Shown one piece after another: positions 53,449-64,000 of a DNA stretch of 64,000 nucleotides. Origin of the DNA: an uncultured Alphaproteobacteria bacterium (GTDB lineage Bacteria; Pseudomonadota; Alphaproteobacteria; HIMB59; GCA-002718135); assembly GCA_902620425.1 (NCBI GenBank), contig CACNHX010000002.1, positions 75,127 to 139,126 of the forward strand, read 5' to 3'. A program made the position numbers and the translations under genes. The first letter of the stretch is position 1. Every line of letters begins with the position of its first letter. The notes beneath the pieces are model-generated. The model ran no database searches, was not told where the DNA came from, and saw only the letters and a list, made by a program, of their open reading frames with translations.

Positions 53449-54572
53449 TGAATATTGGAATTGTTGGTTGTGGGAATATTTCTGAGACTTATTTTGAATG
53501 TCAAAAAATATTCAATAATTTCAAAATAGTTGCTTGCGCTGATATTAATAAAGAAGCTGCATCTAATGCTGCATCTAAATATAATGTTAACGCGTTATCA
53601 GTTGATGAAATATTAGAAAACAATGAAATTGATTTAATTATTAACTTAACAATTCCTGCAGCTCATAAAGAAATTATTACAAAATCACTTTATAATGGAA
53701 AACATTGTTTTAGTGAAAAGCCCTTAGCAATGAATTTTGAAGAGGGTTTAGAAATACAAAAATTAGCAGATGAAAAAGGCTTATATGTAGGATGTGCTCC
53801 TGATACATTTCTTGGAGCAGCAGGGCAAAGGGCTAGAAAATTAATTGAAGACAACAAGATTGGAAAAATTGTTCTAGGTACATTTAATTTGATGTCTCAC
53901 GGGATGGAGCATTGGCATCCCAATCCAGATTTTTTCTTTAAACCTGGTGCTGGACCAGTTTTTGATGTTGGTGTTTATTATATTACGCAATTAGTAAACC
54001 TAATTGGACCAGTTAAAAAAATAAATGCAATTAGTGGAACTGCTACAAATGAGAGAACAATAACTAGTCAACCAAGATACGGAGATAAAATTAAAGTTGA
54101 AACTCCAACAACTCTGATGGGTTCTTTAGAGTTTCAAAATAATGCAAAAGTTCAGTTTTTTTGTACTTGGGATGTTTGGAAAAATAATCATTCAACAATT
54201 GAACTTTATGGACTTGATGGTTCAATGATTGTCCCTGATCCAAATTTTTTTAGTGGTGATTTATTAATGTCCAAAAAAGATAGTGAATGGGAAACTATCA
54301 ATAACGATAACATGTTGTTAGGTATTCCGAATAAAAGTGACGGAGAAGGTAATAAAAAAGCAAATTATAGAGGAATAGGTCTCTCAGAAATGATTGATTC
54401 TATATCTAATAATCGAAAAGCAAGATGCTCTCTTGAGTTATCTCTTCATGTTCTTGAAATTATGGATGGAATTATAAAATCGGCTGAAGAAAACAAATCT
54501 TATCAACTATCAACCAACCCTAATCAACCTGCAATATTAACCGAAGAAGAAATAAAAAATTTAAAAATTTAA
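53448..54572 (+). CDS. Gfo/Idh/MocA oxidoreductase
   Basis: GIVGCGNIS, NLTIP.AH, SEKP, APDTFLG, WHPNP.FFF..GAGP.FD.G.YY. Confidence 0.9.
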   Translation: MNIGIVGCGNISETYFECQKIFNNFKIVACADINKEAASNAASKYNVNALSVDEILENNEIDLIINLTIPAAHKEIITKSLYNGKHCFSEKPLAMNFEEGLEIQKLADEKGLYVGCAPDTFLGAAGQRARKLIEDNKIGKIVLGTFNLMSHGMEHWHPNPDFFFKPGAGPVFDVGVYYITQLVNLIGPVKKINAISGTATNERTITSQPRYGDKIKVETPTTLMGSLEFQNNAKVQFFCTWDVWKNNHSTIELYGLDGSMIVPDPNFFSGDLLMSKKDSEWETINNDNMLLGIPNKSDGEGNKKANYRGIGLSEMIDSISNNRKARCSLELSLHVLEIMDGIIKSAEENKSYQLSTNPNQPAILTEEEIKNLKI

Positions 54573-54594
54573 TTATTGAGAATTTAATAAGATT

Positions 54595-55197
54595 TTATTC
54601 AGTAATTTTCTGATAACTTTGAAGGTTTTGATCAAATAAAACTTCATTAAATTTTGAAAGATTATTATCAACCTTTTTTAACATAGAATTAAATTCTGAT
54701 CTTTTTGTTACTACTAAAGAAATGTCAGCAACAATTAAATCAATAACATAGAATCGATCTTTTGATTCTTTTACTCGCCATGTTACAATAACTGATCCAG
54801 TATCTGAAAAAATCTCCATATCAATCAAGGTGACTTGATTTTTGCTGTCATATTTTGATTTTGTTAATTCATAAGTTTGGTCTGAATAACCTTGCATCAT
54901 TGAAGCTATATTTAAAGCCAAATGTCGTTTAAAATTATCAATATAGATTTTTTTTGTACTTTTATCTGATTTTTTCCAAGCTTCTCCTGCAACAAATTTA
55001 GCAATGCCAGTTCCAGCAAAATTATTATTTATTGTTTTTTCAATTAGAAGAAATCTGTTCTCATTTGAGAGATTTTGGTTTTTGTAAGCTTCAAGAATTA
55101 TATCAATTTCTCTTTTAAGCCATTCGGACGTTTCATCAGAATATAAATTTTTGGAAATAAAGATTATAAAAAAAAATATAATTAAACTAAACTTCAT
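54595..55197 (-). CDS. mlaC: Phospholipid-binding protein MlaC/Ttg2D
   Basis: Signal-like N-terminus, F.AG..WK, W.V......VID..V..ISL..TKRSEF; next to mlaA. Confidence 0.75.
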   Translation of the reverse strand: MKFSLIIFFFIIFISKNLYSDETSEWLKREIDIILEAYKNQNLSNENRFLLIEKTINNNFAGTGIAKFVAGEAWKKSDKSTKKIYIDNFKRHLALNIASMMQGYSDQTYELTKSKYDSKNQVTLIDMEIFSDTGSVIVTWRVKESKDRFYVIDLIVADISLVVTKRSEFNSMLKKVDNNLSKFNEVLFDQNLQSYQKITE

Positions 55198-55982
55198 TAT
55201 TCAAATTCTATGCTAATAAGTGGAAGAGGGGTTAATTCTGAGTCATCGACATTATTAATTGCTGCTTTTCGGTTTTGATAATAAGAACTTCTCACTGCAG
55301 CATAATAATCTACTGAATTATCTCTTAATGCATTAACTTCATCTATTATTTGTGATCTTGTATCAACAGCATTAACTGCTGTTCTCATTGGTACTAACCA
55401 GGCTTCACCCTCACTTACTGCATATGCATTAATTGGATCAGTCATCATTGTTAAAACCATTCCTGAAGTATCTCTAAGGTTTGATGGACCAAATAATGGA
55501 AGAACAATATAAAAACCATCACCAACACCCCAAGTAGCAAGTGTTTGTCCATAATCTTCCTCTTTTTCTTCAAGACCAACCTTTTCAGCTACATCAAATA
55601 ATCCAAATACACCCACAGTGCTATTGAGAATAAATCTTCCTGAAGATTGAATAGCGTTTTCACCTTGACCTTGTAACAATTGATTTACAACGACCAAGGG
55701 AGCTCTTAAATTGCTCAAAAAATTATTTATTCCACTTTGCAGTGGAGAAGGTAATTTTTTATAGCCTTTTGCAATTGGCTCTAAAACAATTCTATCTGCT
55801 ACATTGTTAAAACTAAATATAGCTCTATTTACTGGTTCAAAAGGATCATATATTTCATCCTCTATCGTAGTTGTTTCAAAATCCTCTGAGTCAGTATTTA
55901 CCTGATCGGCATCACTTGCTATTACTTTATAGGACAGTAAACTGAAAAATAGAAAAAATAGAATTATAATTTTTTTACTCAT
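55197..55982 (-). CDS. mlaA: VacJ/MlaA family protein
   Basis: DPFEP.NRA.F.FN, RF..NST.G..G.FD.A, EDYGQTL..WG, LP.FGPS..RD. Confidence 0.9.
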   Translation of the reverse strand: MSKKIIILFFLFFSLLSYKVIASDADQVNTDSEDFETTTIEDEIYDPFEPVNRAIFSFNNVADRIVLEPIAKGYKKLPSPLQSGINNFLSNLRAPLVVVNQLLQGQGENAIQSSGRFILNSTVGVFGLFDVAEKVGLEEKEEDYGQTLATWGVGDGFYIVLPLFGPSNLRDTSGMVLTMMTDPINAYAVSEGEAWLVPMRTAVNAVDTRSQIIDEVNALRDNSVDYYAAVRSSYYQNRKAAINNVDDSELTPLPLISIEFE

Positions 55983-56061
55983 AGACTCATCACTAATATT
56001 TAAACTATTATTTAATATAGTTTATAAATTACATTATATATATCTCTAATATAGCAAAAAA

Positions 56062-61091
<5,030 letters not shown>

Positions 61092-61124
61092 AATTTATTT
61101 ATATATCTAAATATACAAATTTGA

Positions 61125-61901
61125 ATGAAATATATAACTAAATACAAATCTCCAAATTATAATTCAAGAAATAAATCAATAATTAAGTTCATTATTATTC
61201 ATTATACAGCCTTGAAAAACACTGCAGAAGCTATCTCAATTTTATGTAATAAGAGAAAAAAAGTAAGCTCACATTATCTAATTTCTACTAATGGAGCAGT
61301 TTTTAATTTAGTAAATGACAAATTTCGAGCATGGCATGCAGGGGAGTCTTTCTGGCAAAATTTTACAGATATTAATTCTATTTCAATTGGTATAGAGCTT
61401 GATTATAATCCTTTCGGTAAAAATAATAAGTTTTCTTCTAAAATGATATCATCGTTAAAAAAGCTTATTATAAAATTAAAAAATAAATATAATATTGATC
61501 AGAACAACATTTTAGCACACTCAGATATTGCGCCTTTTAGAAAAAAAGATCCAGGTAAGCATTTTCCATGGAAATCACTTGCTTTTTCAAAAATTATACC
61601 AAATTTTAAAAAATTAAGAAAAGATGATATTAAAGTAATCGAAAATTGGTTTTATATTAACAATCTTAAGACCAAAAAACAGCAAATTATTTTTGTTCTA
61701 ACATTTATTGGTTACGATACTCGTAATGTTAATAAAAATTATAAACTTTATAACCGACTTAAAAATGCTTATAAAAATCGATATTTGAATGGTGTAGATA
61801 AAATGAATAATAATTTAATTTACAATACTTTAATTAAACATTTACATTTTTTATTGACGAAAAATAAAATAAATTTATTACACAATTTGATGGTGCGATG
61901 A
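61125..61901 (+). CDS. N-acetylmuramoyl-L-alanine amidase (AmpD/AmiD type)
   Basis: IIIHYT, SSHYLI, AWHAG.S, SIGIEL, HSDIAP.RK.DPG. Confidence 0.9.
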   Translation: MKYITKYKSPNYNSRNKSIIKFIIIHYTALKNTAEAISILCNKRKKVSSHYLISTNGAVFNLVNDKFRAWHAGESFWQNFTDINSISIGIELDYNPFGKNNKFSSKMISSLKKLIIKLKNKYNIDQNNILAHSDIAPFRKKDPGKHFPWKSLAFSKIIPNFKKLRKDDIKVIENWFYINNLKTKKQQIIFVLTFIGYDTRNVNKNYKLYNRLKNAYKNRYLNGVDKMNNNLIYNTLIKHLHFLLTKNKINLLHNLMVR

Positions 61902-62222
61902 TCGCTTGAGTAATCAAGAGGAAAGTCCGGGCTCCACTGGGAAAGAAACCAGGTAACACCTGGCAAGTGAAAGCTTAGGGAAAGTGCAACAGAAAATATA
62001 CCGCCTGAGAAGGTAAGGGTGAAATGGTAGGGTAAGAGCTTACCGCTTTTTTGGTAACAAAAATGGCTTTGCAAACCCTTTCTGGAGCAAGGTCAAATAG
62101 GAACGGCAATCAGTTCCAGCTGAGCTGTTCGGGTAGACTGCTTGAAACAAATGGTGACATTTGTTCTAGATTAATGATCATCAATTTTTTATTAAATTAC
62201 AGAACCCGGCTTATGCACCATC
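61889..62222 (+). ncRNA. rnpB: RNase P RNA, type A
   Basis: GAGGAAAGTCCGGGC, AGTGCAACAG, AAACCC, ACAGAACCCGGCTTA conserved regions; P1 GATGGTGC/GCACCATC. Confidence 0.96.
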
Positions 62223-62271
62223 TCTATATTTATTGAGAACATACAAAGAACATTTGTTATAAACTCATATA

Positions 62272-62306
62272 CCCATTGACGCCCATATAATCCCATGATA
62301 ACCCAT
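62272..62306. promoter_or_regulatory. Probable MraZ binding array
   Basis: CCCAT at 62272, 62282, 62292, 62302 (exact 10-bp period) immediately upstream of mraZ. Confidence 0.75.
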
Positions 62307-62311
62307 AATAC

Positions 62312-62773
62312 ATGGATCTATTTGTATCTAAATATATTAATAAAATAGATAAAAAAGGAAGAGTTTCTTTACCCTCTAGCTTTAGAAATGTTCTTCCAAA
62401 AGCTAATAGAAATGAAATTATATTATACAAATCAATTAAAACATCTTCTATTGAAGGTTGTGGTGTTGGAAGATTAAAGGAAATAGCTAAAAGAATTAAC
62501 AATTTAGATTTTTTTTCTGAGGACTATGATGATTTTTCAACGTCAATATTTTCAGAAATAATTACAACTAATATTGATAAAGAAGGAAGATTTTTAATTC
62601 CTGAAGAATTAAAATTATACGCTGGCATTAAAACTGAAGCTGCTTTTTTTGGTCAAGGTCATTATTTTCAAATTTGGGAGCCAAAAAAAGGACTAAAAAA
62701 TACTGAAGATTCAAGAAGACGTCTTTTAAACGAAAAAAAATCATTACGAATGATGTTAACACAACAAAAATAA
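62312..62773 (+). CDS. mraZ: Division/cell wall cluster regulator MraZ
   Basis: IDKKGRVSLP..FR and IDKEGRF.IP repeats, F.GQG..F.IWEP. Confidence 0.93.
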   Translation: MDLFVSKYINKIDKKGRVSLPSSFRNVLPKANRNEIILYKSIKTSSIEGCGVGRLKEIAKRINNLDFFSEDYDDFSTSIFSEIITTNIDKEGRFLIPEELKLYAGIKTEAAFFGQGHYFQIWEPKKGLKNTEDSRRRLLNEKKSLRMMLTQQK

Positions 62774-62774
62774 T

Positions 62775-63713
62775 ATGGAAAATTTACATAAGTCAGTAAT
62801 GATTAAAGAAATAATATCCTTTCTACCATTAAAAAAATCAATAAATGTAATAGATGCAACTTTTGGTGGTGGTGGCTATTCAAAAACTATTCTTGAAAAA
62901 TTTAATGTAAATCAGTTTTTGGCAATAGATAGAGATCCAATTTCAAAAATATTTGCAAAAGAATTAGAATCAAAATTTACAAACTTTATCCTAATAAATG
63001 ATAAATTTAGTAATATTGAAGAAATTGTTAATAATACAAAGTTTGAAGACAAAAAATTTGACATAATTCTTTTTGATATAGGTACTAGCTCAAATCAAAT
63101 AGACAATGCGCAAAGAGGTTTTTCATTCAACAAATCTGGACCACTTGATATGCGAATGGGTTCTTCAGATAAAAAAGCTTACGATATAATTAATAATTTT
63201 GAAGAAAAAAATTTAGCTGATATAATTTATCAATATGGAGAAGAACGATACTCAAGACTTATTGCAAAAGAAATAGTAAAAAACAGAAAAATAAAATTTA
63301 TAAGTGACACTATAGAATTATCAAACATTATTAAAAAATGTTTACCAAAAAAAAATCAATTAAATATAAAGATTCATCCAGCAACAAAAACATTTCAGGC
63401 AATTAGAATTTATGTAAATGATGAGTTAAATGAACTAAAGACGAGTCTAGAAAAAACTTTAAAAATTTTAAATAAAGATGGTTTGATTTTAGTAGTTTCT
63501 TTCCAAAGTCTAGAAGATAGAATTGTGAAAGATTTTTTTAACCACAATAGTGGTAAACGATGGCGTTCCTCCCGCCACTACCCGGAGTTACCTGATAAAC
63601 TGGCAACTCAACTTAAAATAATCACCAAAAAACCAATATTGCCGTCAGCTTCTGAGATTTTAGAAAATCCCAGATCTAGATCAGCAAAACTTCGGGTAGC
63701 TCAGAAAATTTAA
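62775..63713 (+). CDS. rsmH: 16S rRNA m4C1402 methyltransferase
   Basis: H.SVM, DATFGGGGYS, RGFSF...GPLDMRM, HPATKTFQAIRI.VN.EL, NPRSRSAKLR. Confidence 0.96.
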   Translation: MENLHKSVMIKEIISFLPLKKSINVIDATFGGGGYSKTILEKFNVNQFLAIDRDPISKIFAKELESKFTNFILINDKFSNIEEIVNNTKFEDKKFDIILFDIGTSSNQIDNAQRGFSFNKSGPLDMRMGSSDKKAYDIINNFEEKNLADIIYQYGEERYSRLIAKEIVKNRKIKFISDTIELSNIIKKCLPKKNQLNIKIHPATKTFQAIRIYVNDELNELKTSLEKTLKILNKDGLILVVSFQSLEDRIVKDFFNHNSGKRWRSSRHYPELPDKLATQLKIITKKPILPSASEILENPRSRSAKLRVAQKI

Positions 63714-63715
63714 TA

Positions 63716-64000
63716 ATGAAGTATACTAAATCAATTATATTCTTTTTAATTCTTAATTTAATACTGGTTTTTTCAATGATTTTTATTGCTAACAATACAA
63801 GAGAAATCGAAAAAAATAATCTTAATCTGAAAATGAATATTTCTAAGATTTCAGAAAACTTAAAAATCAATAAGATTGAACTAGCTGCTCATCAAAATAG
63901 CTCATATTTAAAAACACTATATGAATTGTATTTTTATAAAACTCAAAAAAATAATGTCCCTCTTATTGTAAAAATGCAAGAACTTTCAAATCAAGATAAA
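63716..64000 (+). CDS. Probable cell division protein FtsL (partial, runs off window; not in ORF track)
   Basis: Open frame MKYTKSIIFFLILNLILVFSMIFIANNTREIEK...; TM helix then coiled-coil-like segment; position after rsmH. Confidence 0.6.
   Translation, partial: MKYTKSIIFFLILNLILVFSMIFIANNTREIEKNNLNLKMNISKISENLKINKIELAAHQNSSYLKTLYELYFYKTQKNNVPLIVKMQELSNQDK

Noticed and set aside
38966-54600. Classical tRNA-integrated mobile island
   Set aside because: No integrase and no duplicated tRNA 3' end found near 54572-54595 or elsewhere by eye; kept only as a possible old scar
61820-62236. ORFs 61820-62074 (-) and 62051-62236 (+)
   Set aside because: They overlie the RNase P RNA, which explains the sequence
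62257-62502. 81-aa ORF antisense to mraZ
   Set aside because: Shadow ORF over mraZ and its operator array

Overview
Very AT-rich, densely packed bacterial chromosome segment. Gene order and protein motifs indicate a streamlined marine alphaproteobacterium. SAR11-like is likely, and HIMB59/AEGEAN-169-like is plausible given the sugar genes and class II FBA; this is inference, with no database search run. The two flanks are core genome. Left (1-26200): ubiG, lysC, rodZ, ispG, hisS, prfA, prmC, ispA, guaC, ggt, rpmJ, trxB, greA, carAB, dnaG, rpoD. Right (54595-64000): mlaC/A, uvrD, ligA, bamD, an amidase, RNase P RNA, and the start of the dcw cluster (mraZ, rsmH, ftsL-like). Between them lies a ~28 kb carbohydrate-utilisation region with three ABC importers, two GH4 glycosidases, two Gfo/Idh/MocA oxidoreductases, an aldo-keto reductase, a TIM-barrel isomerase-like protein, class II FBA and a LacI regulator with visible operators. 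The region also holds unexpected oxidative enzymes: a flavin-dependent halogenase-family gene coupled to an alpha-galactoside-type ABC operon, an Fe/2OG enzyme with a halogenase-like H-x-G motif, and a proline-hydroxylase-like dioxygenase co-transcribed with a GH4 and a degenerate PanB. The ORF track misses two tRNAs (Val-GAC and a CAT-anticodon tRNA, probably Ile2), rnpB, rpmJ and a partial ftsL-like gene. No integrase, transposase, prophage or CRISPR array was seen.
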